Positions 14,991 to 28,379 of a DNA stretch of 64,000 bases are shown piece after piece. A program made the translations under genes and the position numbers. Under the pieces are notes generated by a model. That model saw only the letters and a list, made by a program, of their open reading frames with translations. It made no database searches and was not told where the DNA came from. Source of the stretch: the human T2T-CHM13v2.0 reference genome, Homo sapiens; the NCBI RefSeq assembly GCF_009914755.1, contig NC_060929.1; one strand, given 5' to 3'. Within the stretch, counting starts at the first letter, position 1, and every line of letters begins with the position of its first letter.

Positions 14991-15205
14991 ATGATTTATA
15001 GGTTAATTTTTTCTTAATTAGCAGGAATTCCCAAGTGAAATATCATACTTAATAAATTAGATGATTTTAATCACAATTAAATCACTTTGAGAGCTAAATT
15101 ATAAACATTTCAAAAATATTGGTACAGTCTAAGCTATATTGAAAGTTGAAGTTGGGTGCATTTTACCCCGGTTTAACTTTCTTTTTCATACTGAGATATA
15201 CTTTA

Positions 15206-15335
15206 ATACTATAAATGCACATATTGATATATGTGTTTACTATACTATAAATGCACATTGATATGTGCATATGTCATACTATAGATGCACATATTTGTAT
15301 ACTATAAATGCACATATTGATATGTGTATATGTTA
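15206..15335. repeat. Imperfect minisatellite, 4 copies of atactata(a/g)atgcac(at)att...
   Basis: Copies start at about 15206, 15242, 15276 and 15299. Confidence 0.85.
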
Positions 15336-15572
15336 ATGACAAATAGTAATTAATACAAATATTAATGAAACAAATTTTGACATATACAGAAGTATATGTG
15401 TCTACATACCATACAGATATAGTCCATTTTCTTCATGCAAAAAAAGTTCCCCATGTAATGAGAAGTGAGAGACTGCTAGCTGGAGGGGTCATTGAATCAT
15501 GGGGAATTTTATCCTTTTAAGATAAATTTAAGACTGGTTAAGGGCTAATTATAAGTCAAGAATAGAGGGATA

Positions 15573-15774
15573 GGCCAGGCACATTGGCTTACGCCTGTAG
15601 TCCTAGCACTTTGGGAGGCTGAGGCGGGCAGATTGCCTGAATTCAGGAGTTCGAGACCAGCCTGGGCAACACGGTGAAACCCCGTCTGTACTAAAATACA
15701 AAAAATTAGCTGGGCTTGGTGGCATGTGCTTGTAGTCCCAGCTAATCGGGAGGCTGAGGCAGGAGAATTGCTAG
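15573..15774 (+). mobile_element. AluS, 3'-truncated (~200 bp, no tail)
   Basis: ggccaggcac...gaggcaggagaattgcta ends abruptly and abuts the next Alu. Confidence 0.9.
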
Positions 15775-16113
15775 GGCCGGGTGCAGTGGCTCACCCCTGT
15801 AACTCCAGCACTTTGGGAGTTGGAGGTGGGTGGATTACATGAGGTCAGGAGCTGGAGACCAGCCTGGCCAACATGGCAAAACCCCATCTCTACTAAAAAT
15901 ACAAATATTAGCCAGGCATGGTGTTGCACACCTGTAGTCCCAGCTACTCAGGAGTCTGAGGTGGGAAAATCACTTGAGCCCAGGAGGCAGAGGTTGCAGT
16001 GAGCTGAGATTGCTCCACCGCACCCCAGCCTGGGTGACAGAGTGAGACTCCTTCTCAAAAATAAATAAATAAATAAAATAAATAAATAAATAAATACATA
16101 AATAAATAAATAA
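15775..16113 (+). mobile_element. Full-length AluS/J-like with (AAAT)n tail
   Basis: ggccgggtgcagtggctcac...gactccttctcaaaa(ataa)n. Confidence 0.93.
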
Positions 16114-16594
16114 AATAGAGAAGGATAGGTTGCAAAGGTGGATGAGAGGGGAAATTTATTATGACAAATAACTGAGGAGATAGGGAGGGGCAGGATCTAG
16201 AGAGATTGGCCACAGAAAACAGAAGAACCTGTTCTCTTTTGACTAATGGAGGCAGTAGGTAAGAATATAGGTAAGTCTGTAGCTGGAGTGGCTAGAAGTT
16301 GAGGGAGTCCTATCTGATGGCCTTATTTTCTCCTGTGAAGCAGAAGGTAAGATTGTCTACTGAGAGGCATCAGACGGTGGTGGGTTAGGAAGTTAGAGAA
16401 GGGTAGCAGTTAATAATGGTTGTTGAAGAGAAGAGAGGGATGAACAGCACTGAGTTGCAAATGAGATTGAAGGTGAAGATTCTGTGGTGACATGAGCCTT
16501 CAGAGTGGTGTGATTTTCCCTGGGAACATTCAGCAGCCAGGGTTGGAATCAGAGTAGGCAGTCTAACTCATCTTGAGTTGAGTTACAGCTGTAT

Positions 16595-16920
16595 GATTAT
16601 AGCAGATTAAGATTCGCGGCAAATTCTTTGGTATGCACCCCATCTAGATGAGGTGACTATTGCTCCTTCCTTCAAATCTGGGTACATTCTAAATGTGGTT
16701 TCACCACTAAACATCAGTGGAAGTGAGGTTGTGTCAGTTTCTTGACCGGGTGGTAAATTACTAGCAGTGTCTACTTCCTGTCCTTGAAATACACCTTTTG
16801 GGGGAAAGTCACTTGTTATGCAAGAAGTCTGCCATGCTGTGCATGCTGTGAGAAAGCCCAAGCCAGCCATGTGGACAAGTAACCTGAAAGAGATGTTCAA
16901 GCAGCCCATAGTTATCACAA
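16595..16920 (+). mobile_element. MLT1 (H-like) LTR fragment
   Basis: ggcaaattctttg...ccttcaaatctggg...catgctgtgagaaagcccaagccagccatgtgga. Confidence 0.75.
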
Positions 16921-18634
16921 ACATCCCTTGGACCTAAAGAAGGAGGTAAAAACAGGACAGAGCTTATCAACAGAGAGTGGAAAAGAAAAGGCCTTACAGG
17001 TCTTGATGATATTTCCATTGGTGGCAAGCTGAAGAGGACCAGATGATCCCACAGACAACTCAGAATTTTATCCCCTCAAAAATCTGAGAATTTTATTCCC
17101 TCTGGGAGGAAATTTCCAGAAGACAAAGAATTATCTGTGGATATAAATACTAAGGAGGCTTAAGTTAACAAAGACATAAGATCTAACACTGAATAATTCT
17201 AGCTATTTAACTTTGCCTGTGGTCTTTTCAGTCAAGGATTTCACTTTGCCTATGGTCTTTTCAATCAAAGAAAACCTTCCTTGGGTTCAATAAACCAAAT
17301 ATACCTCATCACTATGGTAAAAACAAACAAACAACAAAATAAAATGCTCTGAGCAAACTCCTTCTAAGACATATTTCTACAAAGCACTTAGAAATGAACA
17401 CTATGGTGGAGGCACACACAAGTGTGGAGGAAGCACCAGCAGCGGTAGCCTTGGGCCTTGTTTCCAGTGTGCCCAGGCAGCCAAGAAAGCTGCACTTTTG
17501 GATTCTGTTGATTAGAATAGATTCTCTTATCTGGAAGACCTGCCATCTGTGCTGTCACCATTGCTTGAGTTGACCAAAGAGTGGCCTTAGTCTGATCAAC
17601 AACCACACCCAATTTTAATTTCTGCTTCTTAGATAATGTCTTTAAATCCTGTTTGTTTAGATTGACCCAATTCACAAATGCAAAGATGACAACATCTGTG
17701 GGAAGTAAGCATTTTCCCCTAAATACATAACAGGTTGAGTAAATATGTCCAATCAACCAAAAGCAGAATTTGCCAAAATTTTTTAATTTGATCTGGAAGG
17801 ACATAAGGACAATCAAATCAGAAAATTAGTCCAGAATATGGACTTTGGAAAATATATTTTGCTCTACCTGGCAGGCTACATGGACCAAGCAGTCTGTTTG
17901 CCAAATCTTCCTTCATAATATTATTGAAGTAAATTATCATGTGATATTATTTTAAAACTGTATTTAACAACACTATGCTTAGGGCAGTGTGGAATACAAG
18001 AGTACAAGGAGGAAATGACATTGTTCCTGCCTTCAAATAATTGTGTGGCTGTATTTTAGACCCTATTCTGTGAATCTATGCTATTTCATTTGTATAATAC
18101 TAGTGTGTTTTAAAAATTTTACCCCGAGTTCTATATGTGAATATTTAAGATGAGTTATAAACATTAAGGTTTTTATTTACAACCAGGTGTTATTACATAT
18201 ATGAGCTACAGAGATAGAGAAATAGGTAGATAGGTAGAGAAATAGACAGGTACTATATATTCTCTAGTCTTAAGATTCTGCTGACTGCAAAAGAGCTTTG
18301 TGAGCTATTCATTTTAAAATAAAGTGCATACTAGATATAGTTAATTTACTAAATATAGTTAAAAGACTTTCTTTATAAGTCCCAAGTTAGATTTTTAAAA
18401 GCAAAATGTCAGTTAGTTGACTTGTAAAAGTCCTTATTGCCTTGTAAATTGGAACAAAAACACCTTCCACATAGGGTTTGTGGTGAGAATTAAATACTAC
18501 AATGTAAGTAGAATGACTGGGACCCAGAAAACACTTAGTAAATTATATCTTTGATCTGAACAGAGAATGTTTTTCAATGTGAAATATTTCTTAAACTTAC
18601 TGAATATTTCTTAGGATATCATATTGGAAAAAAG

Positions 18635-18745
18635 ATACAGTATCTTCACTTAGACATATTCATACAGTATCTTCACTTAGACATATTCGTACAGTATCTT
18701 CACTTAGACATATTCATACAGTATCTTCACTTAGACATATTCATA
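18635..18745. repeat. 27-bp VNTR, 4.1 copies (atacagtatcttcacttagacatattc)
   Basis: Four tandem copies with a single a>g difference in copy 3. Confidence 0.97.
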
Positions 18746-20189
18746 ATTTTCACCATGTTCTTCATTCAACCCCTACCATTCCCTGCATAGGAAGCACCGT
18801 CTGAATTGAGGTTCCCATACAATCTTTTGATCACAGTGGTTTCTCTCGAGGCTGCACCTGCAATGCAGGTACTCAGTGCTGATGCTTTTCCAGCCTTCAT
18901 AGCTCAGAAAATGTTTTTTGAAACCAGATCTTTTATATAATATGTGTTTTTTAGAATAAGTCCTTTAAAGGATAACAGAAAAATGCTTCTCATATATATA
19001 CTGCACATAAACCAAGAACAGATTCATACACTTTGTATGTGTGAAGTTGAGTCTCTGGCACCACAAACAGAATGGTAGTCATTGCTCACTCACACTGAAT
19101 GCCAGTGACATTGTGTTATGTCTAGCAGTACCCTTTGAAAATCAATCCTATGGCTCTTTCTACTTTTTTTCTGCACAAAACATCCATTAATTTTACACTG
19201 TTTTACTATCTTCTTGTCAATAGGGTGACTGAAATTTGCATTTTCTAGAAAGGGTGCAACTTTGAATGATGCTTATGTATTTTTAGTCTGTGTATGTTTG
19301 CCACAAAATTAATGGATTTGATACTGGAAAACATTCTGGGAAAAGATCAATTTGCCTGCTAGTGAGGGCACTGTGTTTTTTCTTAAAATGGTGTGTAAAC
19401 TTCTGTGCCTTCATAATGCTGCTTGATAATGTTTCATACAGACAGTGCCAAACTGAAAAAGGACAAAATGGATTCCTCTACCAAATAAAATCAGATTTTC
19501 TGATATTCATCATTTCACTTTCTAGCTGTACTTTCCTTTTGTGCTTTTAGGGCTACCTGTAGGGAATTACTATAACTACAGTGTCACTAATCTCAGTATA
19601 TTTAAAATTACTTTTTTTTCCCACTCTGAACTGCAGTAGTAATGCTGCTATTTCAATGAATCCTCTTTGAGACATTGACTCAGTTTTGTGAATTTGAGAT
19701 ATAATATAACATCATGGTGACAATGAAGCATGCAAATTAAAACACAAAATAATTAATATAGAACTGACATGATAAAAGCCTTTGGTCAAGATGAACCAGA
19801 CCTCTAAAGATCTTGAAGTATCTAAAAATTGTTTAGAACTATAAATATTATAAATAACTTCATGGTATTTCTATAAAAAATAAAATTTAATTTTACATTT
19901 ACATTTAAAAAATACAAGCAATTCTTTGCTATGCTTTTTCCTCCAAAACTGCCAACTTGACTGCTGATTCTTTGATAGGTCACCACATGGTCTAGGACCC
20001 CAACTGGAGGAAACTTCTGAGGTGCTGCTCTGTAATCCAGAAACACAGGAGACCAACTAATGTGGATCCTGTACACATTCAACTTTAGGAAACTGAGTAT
20101 TGGTTGCTGCCTTTTACATGCTCTTAGTTTCACCAACTTTAGTGAGATCAGGGCCAAATCCGGGCCAGTATCTTGATAACATTCTTGAT

Positions 20190-22365
20190 TGATAAGATTT
20201 GGCTCTGTGTCCCCACCAAAATCTCATGTCAAATTGCAATTCCCATGTGTCAGAAGAGGGACTTGGTCGGAGGTAATTGGATCATGGGGGTGGATTTCTC
20301 CTTTGCTGTTTTCATGACAGTGAGTGAGTTCTCATGAGATCTGATAGTTTAAAAGTGTAGCACTACCTCCATTGCTCTCTCTCTTTTGCCACCAGGTAAG
20401 ACATGCTTGCTTTCTCTTTGTCTTCTGCCATGATTGTAAGATTCTTGAGGTCTCCTAGCCATGATTCCTGTTAAGCCAGCAAAACTGTGAGTCAATGAAA
20501 TCTTTTTCAGTGACTCGGGTAGTTTTGAGTCTCAGGTAGTTCTTCATAGCAGTGTGAAAACAAATTAATACATAAAATTGGTAACAGGAGAGTGGAATAC
20601 TATATAAAGATACCTGAAAATGTGGAAACAACTTTGGAACTGGGTAACTGGCAGAGGTTGGAAGAGTGTGGAGGGCTCAGAAGAAGACTGGAAGGTGTGG
20701 GAAAGTTTGGAACTTCCTAGAGACTTGTTTTTGACCTAGAGAATTTCCTAGAGAATGGTTTTGACCAAAATGCTGATAGTGATATGGACAATGAAGTCCA
20801 GGCTGAGGTGATCTTGAATGGAGATGAGGAACTTACTGGTAACTGGAGCAAAGGTCACTCTTGCTATGCTTTAGCAAAGACATGGGTGGCATTTTACCCC
20901 TGCCCTAGGGATCTGTGGAACTTTGAACTTGGGAAAGATGATTTAGGATATCTGGCAGAAGAAATTTCTAAGCAGCAAAGCATTCAAGATTTGACCTGGC
21001 TGTTTCTGGAAGCATACAGTCATATGAATTCACAAAGAGGTGATCTGAAATTGAAATTTGTGTTTAAAAGGGAAGCAGAGCCTAAAAGTTTGGAAAATTT
21101 ATAGGCTAACCATGTTGTAGAAAAGAAAAACCCATTTTGGGGGGAAGCCATTCAAGCTTCTGGCTGAAGAAATTTGCATAAGTAAAGAGGAGGTGAATGT
21201 TAATTGCTAAGATAGTGGGGGAAATGTCTGCAGGGCATTTCAGAAATTTTCACAATAGCCCCTCCCATCATAGACCTGGAGGCCTAGAAGGGAATAATGG
21301 TTTCATGAGCTAGGTACAGGGTCCCGCTGCTCTATGCAGCCTCAGAACATGGCACCCTGAGTCCCAGCCACTCCAGCTTCAGCTGTGGCTGTTGCTTCAG
21401 AGGGTGCAAGCGTCAAGCCTTGGCAACTTCCATGTGGTGTTGGACCTGCAGGTGTACAGAAGGCAAGAGTTTGGGAACCTCTGCCTAGATTTCAGAGGAT
21501 GTATGGAAACACCTGGATATCCAGGCAGAAGTCTGCTGCAGGGGTAGAGCCCTCATGGGGAACCTCGATTAGGGCAGTGCAGAGGGGAAATGTGGGGCTG
21601 GAGCCCCCACAGAGAGTCCCCACTGGGGCACTGCCTAGTGGAACTATGAGAAGAGGATCACCATCCACCAGACCTCAGAATGGTAGATCCACTCACAGCT
21701 TGCAATGATGCACCAGGAAAAGTGGCAGGCATTCAATGCCAGCCTGTGAAAGCAGCTGTGGGGCTGTACACTGCAGAGCCATGGGGGCAGAGCTGCCCAA
21801 GGGCTGGGGAGCCCATCTCTTGCATCAGTGTGCCCTGGGGTGGGGGTGAGAGGAGATTATTTTGGAGCTTTAAGATTTAATGACTGCCCTGCTGGGTTTT
21901 AAACTTGCATGGCACCTGTAGCCCCGTTGTTTTAGCCAATTCTCCCATTTGGGACATGAGATTTGGGAGGGCCAGGGGTGAAATGATATGGTCTAGCTCT
22001 GTGTCCCCACCGAAATCTCATGTCAAATTGTAATCCCCAAATGTCAGGGAAGGGACCTGGTAGGAGGTGACTGGATCATGGGGGTGGATTTCTTCCATGC
22101 TCTTCTCACGATAGTGAGTAAGTTCTCACAAGATCTGATCATTTGAAACTGTGGTGCTTTCCGCCTTGTGCTCTCTCTCATGTTCCACCATGGTAACACG
22201 TGCTTGCTTCCCCTTCACCTCCTGCCATGATCGTAAGTTTCCTGAGGCCTCCTAGCCATGCTTCCTATTAAGCCTGAAAAATTGTGAGTCAATGAAGGCT
22301 CTTTTCTTTGTAAATTACCCACTCTCAAGTAGTTCTTTATAGCAGTGTGGAAACAAACTAATACA
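20190..22365 (+). mobile_element. THE1D-like (MaLR) provirus: 5'LTR 20190-20572, internal 20573-21983, 3'LTR 21984-22365
   Basis: Both LTRs tgata..tggctctgtgtccccac...taataca; THE1-int ORF remnants (MDNEVQAEV...); purine tract gggagggccagggg before the 3'LTR. Confidence 0.92.
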
Positions 22366-22871
22366 CTGGTACTATATATACTAGATAATATATGAAAGTG
22401 GGAACATTTTTTTTCCTTTGAGACTGAAAAAATGTTTAAAATGCTGTTAACAGTTTTTAAAATAATAAAAGTGTTTAAAAAATCACCTACTGTCCAAAAT
22501 TCCTGATAAACCCTATTGATACTTTTTTTTTAAAAAAAGGCTTAAATGCTAATGTTTATATGATGTTTATCAAATATAAAGCAAAGTCGAGAGTTCCTAA
22601 TCTTTCATTTTCAGCCTTTCTTGTGAGTGTGACCACAGTGAAGTTACTTATGCCTATCCATTTATTTTTCATGTATAAAAGGACAATATACAAACTATAG
22701 TGTATATTCATTCTTATTTAATAGTATAACATTGAGGATCTTTTTATGTCACACTTTAACAATTTTAATAGCCACACAGAATTTTACTGTCAGGGTCCTT
22801 GTTCCTTTTCTTCCCTCTCCTTCCCTTTCTTCCTTTCCTCCTTTCTCTTTTTCCACCCTTCTTTTCCTGTT

Positions 22872-23288
22872 TGTATTAGTAAGTTTTTGTGACACTATAA
22901 AGAGATACCTGAAGCTGGGTAGTTTATAAAGAAAGGAGGTTTAATTGGCTCATGGTTCTACAGGGTTTACAGGAAGGTTGGTGCCAGCATCTGCTTCTGG
23001 TGAGGCTTCAGGAAGCTTGCAATCATGGCAGAAGGTGAAGGGGAAGCCAGCATGTCACATGGGGAAAGCAGGAGCAAGGGAGAGAGTGGGGAAGTGCCTC
23101 ACCCTTTTAAGCAAGCAAACTCAGGTGAACTCAAATGAGAGCTCACTGATCACCAAGGGGATGGCACCCAGCCATTTATAAGAGATCCACTCCCATGATC
23201 CAAATACCTCTCACCAGGCCCCACCTCCAACACTGGGAATTACATTTCAACATAAGATTAAGAGGGGACAAACATTTAAACTATATCA
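22872..23288 (-). mobile_element. MSTA-like solo LTR
   Basis: tgtattagt...actatatca; perfect 5-bp TSD ctgtt at 22867-22871 and 23289-23293. Confidence 0.92.
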
Positions 23289-23458
23289 CTGTTTTTTATC
23301 TCCCACCCTTTCCCCTTTGTTTTTGGAATAAGTGCACATAGGACTTGAGGCTTGGAATGGCATAAATGGAAAGTGCTTTTCCTTCCCATCCTCGTCTCTC
23401 CTCAGATATCACTCTTCTTTTCAGTTTCCAGAGATTGCAATAGACATATTCCAGTTAC

Positions 23459-23461
<3 letters not shown>

Positions 23462-23495
<34 letters not shown>
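23462..23495. repeat. (AC)17 microsatellite
   Basis: Pure AC run. Confidence 0.97.
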
Positions 23496-23499
<4 letters not shown>

Positions 23500-25000
23500 T
23501 GAAATATCAATTTTATGTTTATGGATACTTTGCAGATACTGCAGAATTGCCTTTCATTGAGATATGGCAATGCTTGTTCTCTCATACAATTCCTAATGCT
23601 GTGTGACCAAACTTTTTTGTTTTTTTCAATCTGATGATTGAAAGATAGCACCTCATTACAAAGTGAATTCATACTTTCTAAACTATAAGTAAGATTAAGC
23701 ATCTTTTTTAAAGTATTCATATCCACTTATATTTTCATTTCTATGATCTACTTGAAAACTTTTATTTCCTATTGTATTTTAGTCTTCTTTTAATAATTTC
23801 AAGGAATTCTACCCTTCATCTATCATGTGCGTTGAAATAACTTTGCTCCATTTACAATTGCCCTTTTGATTTATCTTTGTTGTATTGCATTAACTTTAAT
23901 TTAGATATTTTCTCCTTTTAATAATCCTTCTAAATGATTGTTATGTGTATACAGGAAATACAGTGATTTAGTTTAATTACTTTCAAAATAAGTCACTTTC
24001 CAATACTTTGACTTTTAATGTTTTCAGAGTCACTTTACTCAAGAAGAGTCTATTAAAACAACATTATTTGGAGTTATGGTTTTCAATCCAATCTGGCTTT
24101 TTATTTATTTGCTTATGCATTATACTTATTGATATGACAGATATTTCTGGTTTCAGTTTATTACATTATTTTGCTTTTGCTTTCTGTTTGTAATGTTCCT
24201 TTTGTAATTTTATGTTTTACTATATAACACACACACATATATACAACTGTATATACAATGTATTGCTTGTATATATTCCTTTTGATAACTTTGTAGTTGT
24301 TACATCTATTTTTAGTTTTCCTAATGATAAAATATACACATATATAATTATATTGTATACTTAATTCTCCATTTATTTAGAAAAATCTGTTTTTCCACTA
24401 AGCGTAATTGCAAAATTACTATATTTCCTCACACCTCACCTGCCTTCCCTCTCCCCACTTTAAGCCACATCATCTTATTTTCATTTTGAATGAAATATCT
24501 GAGGATATACTTATGCCTCAATCACTTGATTTAAATAATGATTTTTGTCCTCAGGATGAGAAAGTAGGAAGACTTAACTAACCTCCTAACTCCACTCCAC
24601 CTTTGTCAATATTTATATGAATATTTGCAATAGTTTTTAATGTTTTGGTTGTGTTCTTCATCTATAATTTACCCAATTATTGTAGCCCTTATTCTATCCC
24701 CTAACTACAGTAGTGTCTATGACACTTACTGTTGATTCTAGGAAATCTTTACTTTTTTGTTGGATTCACACTTTTTTTCTTCTTTCCTGACCTCTTCATC
24801 AAAGTAATGTTTTGTCTCTACTTTGTGTTGCTATTTTTTCATTCAATACTTGAACTCACTGCTTAAAAATTTGCCCACTTATGTCCTGAAGAAAGAACTT
24901 CACAATGGTCTTTTATTGGGTCTCTTTGTTTCCTTTCTTTCTTTCTTTTTTTGTCTAAGGCATTCAATAGACAACATCTTTCTTTCTTACCTAGTTCGGA
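23500..25000 (-). mobile_element. Old L1M fragments
   Basis: T-rich; tactttgcagatactgcagaattgccttt, ttcaatctgatgattgaaagatagcacctcatt. Confidence 0.55.
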
Positions 25001-25625
25001 AATAATTCAATAATAAAATGGAGAGTGAGGCATTTAGAATTCAAAATATCACTTTTTATTGATAAAAGTGAGAGGAAAATGAGACATATCTATTGGCAAG
25101 CACACTTTTAGTATAAAACCACCCAGTACCGTTACTCTGCAGCAGACCTTAGAACAGACCTACAGCATGGGGAAGGGATGAGAAATGTCCTCCTTACACA
25201 ACTCACTTCTCAGTTGCCCATCTTCATTTTAAAACCTATCAATCTGACGAAGTCACTCCTCTTCCTCTAGGGAGTAACATGTGAGGGTGTGGAGAGAGCT
25301 AGGAACTTCCACCACAAAGAGAAGCATGAGGAGTGAAGGAGAAATGTTCCCCCAGCCCATTACTAATATTTGCCAAATCTTTTTCTTTCCTTTTTCTTTA
25401 GTAGTCTTATACATCTTGTACTTATTCTTTTGACTTATTGATCATCTTTGAATGAGCCAAGTTCTTCCTGAGATGAGCTAGCTGATAGTGAAGGAAAGGA
25501 GGAAAGAGTAAACTCAGAGGTAGATAGAAATCTGCCTGGCTTACAGGGAAGCCTCTTATTAGATTTTTCCTCTGCAGTGTATACGCTGCTAGCAAGTTTA
25601 GCCCTTCCTTTTCTTTTATTAATAT

Positions 25626-25626
25626 T

Positions 25627-25673
<47 letters not shown>

Positions 25674-25960
25674 TTTTTTGAGACAGAGTTTTGCTCTTTC
25701 GCCCAGGCTGGAGTGAAGTGGCACGATTTCGGCTCACTGTAACCTCGGTCCCCCAGATTCAAGTGATTCTCCTGCCTCAGCCTCCCGAGTAGCTGGGATT
25801 ACAGAGGCCTGCCACCACACCCTGCTAACTTTTGTATTTTTAGTAGAGATGGGGTTTTACCATGTTGGCCAGGCTGGTCCCAAACTCTTGACCTCAGGTG
25901 ATCCACCCACCTTGGCCTCCCAAATTGCTAGGATTACAAGCGTGAACCACCGCGCCCGGC
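25626..25960 (-). mobile_element. AluS (Sq-like) with (TTTA)n tail
   Basis: Reverse Alu, from gagacagagttttgctc to ccaccgcgcccggc. Confidence 0.93.
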
Positions 25961-27449
25961 ATATTGCTGCAAGATTCTCGCTCAGAGTCTTCTCTGCCTT
26001 GTGTGTGGTGTGGTTATAAAGGTCTTCAACATGACCCTCTGTGGCATTTAGTGTTGTTCCACACAAAGAGAAAGATCCTACAGCAGCCCATATGTCCTAC
26101 TCTTGTTGCAGACGAGGAATTATTTTGTCAAGAGGTTATGAATTTTCCCTCATGCTTTGTCACTAACTTTGAAAAACTTACTAATCTGAGGGGTTTAGCA
26201 GGAGCTCTTCAGTCTCAGCCTCCCCTCTCAGTATCTCTCTCGTTCTGGCAAGTATTCAGTACAATTGGGAGTCATATCTATACACACGCAAAGTTAGAGT
26301 AATATTTGTTTGTTTATTTTATCAAAGATCTAGTTTATTTTCAGGTTTCTTACAGAAGCTTTTTTTTGAGCTTTTTCAAAATGGGAAAAGGGGAACGATG
26401 TAAAGCAGGCAAAGATGTATATTTTCCATCTCTAATAATCTGAAAACTTATTTTTTGGAATAAAAATACAATGCATGATTAAAGGATACCCACTTATAAG
26501 GGTAGAATTTCATACATATTTCATAGTTTTAAGGGTTCATTAAGACTTTAAAATCTCTATTTGGTATCAATTTTTCTCTTGCCAATCTGTGCTGTGTGTA
26601 TGTGTGTGCATGTGTACATTGGTGGGTATTTATTTGTAAAAATGTATAAAGTATTTCAAAAGAAAGTGTGAAAAATAAAAGAAAAAAATCCTTACTAATC
26701 TTATTTATCTAACATTATTACTTTTCTATAGATAATATCTCACTTTTTAAGTAGTCTTCTACTGTTTTCTCAATCATTTTTTATGTGTTATGAGCATATG
26801 GTTTTGTATTCTTTTTATAAAACTTGTATTTTTAATGGCCAGAATAACTTAACATCTAGTAGATATAATATTAAATTCTTGGTTTCTTTTTACTTAAAAA
26901 TTTCGATTCTTTAAAACTTTTGCACTACAAATAAACTTATAATAGAAAACTTTTGTCTTATCACTGCAAAGCTTGACCACTGGCTTTTCTGGAGTCTGGC
27001 TTGGGTCGGGAGAGATACCTGGCCAATGAAACAAATTAGCAATGACTGGTTGTCCACCAAACATTGATACTTCCATTTTGTAATGTGGAGTTGCTGCTGC
27101 AAAGTTGCTGTCTGGCTAGGAATTCCGTTTCTCAACCTCTCCTCCTTCTCCTTGTATCTAGATGGTATAATGAGACTACTTCATGGAACTGTTATATGAG
27201 AATAACTACTGTGTGTTACTTAAGGCTGTGTGCTTAAGAAGTGAGGGAAGCTTTCCATTCTTTGTCCCTTCCCTCCTCTTTCGGATGGATTTCTACTTGC
27301 AAAACAACTTTCAAGGCTACATGTAAGCAAAGTGAAACCTCCGTAAGACTGGGCTGCTGAATAATTGTGGGGAACAGAGGTTGCCCTCTCTCAAGCCTGT
27401 TCTCTGTTGTGTGGACTTTATGTAAATAAGAAATAATACAAATTTGTAA

Positions 27450-27838
27450 TGTTAAGGATGTTCGTGTCATAGTTTTCTTTTCCTGGATATATAAGAAGAG
27501 TGAATTTCCAAGCCTGCATGTGATTAGATTGGGACCAAGTGACTAAGCAATAAAAGGAATTTTGATGAGCAAGAGTGATGTGTTGCATGAGGTCAGGACA
27601 ATGCTTTCTGTGCTCTCCTTTCACACCTGTAGTTGGAAGAGAAGAATCCTCAATGATGGAGTTGCAAAATGGAAGTAGCCAGGCTGCTAAGTTAAATCTG
27701 AGAGAAAATCCACCAAGGAGAGCTGCATGAGATTTATCAGACCATAATGTGAAGAAAAAATAAATGTTTGTTGGGTTAAGCCACTGAGGTTTCAAGGTTT
27801 GACTGTTGCAGCTGTTGAAGTCACTGTCTTGACACACA
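27450..27838 (+). mobile_element. MLT1 (I/J-like) LTR
   Basis: gatggagttgcaaaatggaagtagccagg...aaataaatgtttgttgggttaagccactgagg. Confidence 0.7.
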
Positions 27839-27988
27839 GAGTTAACCAATATAATTGCCAAATGCAATGTGTGAAACTTGCTGAACTCATGATAATAAGA
27901 CATTATCTTTTACTTCCTCTTGGTAGATTATTTCTCTAATTTCATTAAAGACACACACACATATGCATATATATATATACACATAGAC

Positions 27989-28379
27989 AGTATTAGTTTG
28001 TTTTGCATTACTATAAAGAAATATCTAAGACTGGGTATATAAAGAAAAAGGGTTTATTTGGCTCACATTTCTGCAGGCTGTACAGGCATTGCAACAGCAT
28101 CTGCCTGGCTTCTGGTGAGGCCTCAGGAAGATTTTACTCATGGTGGAAAGTGAAGGAGGAGCAGGCATGTCACATGGTAAGAGACGGAACAAGAGAGATG
28201 CCAGGTTCTTTTAAACAACCAGTTCTTGGGTGAACTAACAGAGCAAGAACTTATTACCATGGGGAGGGCACCAAGCCATTCATGAGGGATCCATCACCAT
28301 GACCCAAACACCTCCCACGTTCATTGGGGATCACATTTCAACATGAGATTTGGAGGGGGTAAACATCCAAACTATATCA
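27989..28379 (-). mobile_element. MSTA/MSTB solo LTR
   Basis: gtattagtttg...cttctggtgaggcctcaggaag...catgagatttggag...actatatca. Confidence 0.9.

Larger units (their letters stand above)
15455..16590 (-). mobile_element. L2 fragment interrupted by the Alu pair
   Basis: agaagttgagggagtcctatctgatggccttattttctcctgtgaagcagaagg L2 motif; flanks both sides of the Alus. Confidence 0.6.

Noticed and set aside
17060-17270. Short tandem duplications (~25 and 33 bp); similar ones at 37772-37820, 47625-47660, 57688-57712 and 63885-63920
   Set aside because: Ordinary slippage-type two-copy duplications.
18635-18745. CRISPR-like array
   Set aside because: Head-to-tail tandem copies with no spacers, in eukaryotic DNA.
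20784-21880. ORFs MDNEVQAEV... and MAVASEGASV...
   Set aside because: Broken remnants of the THE1/MST internal ORF.
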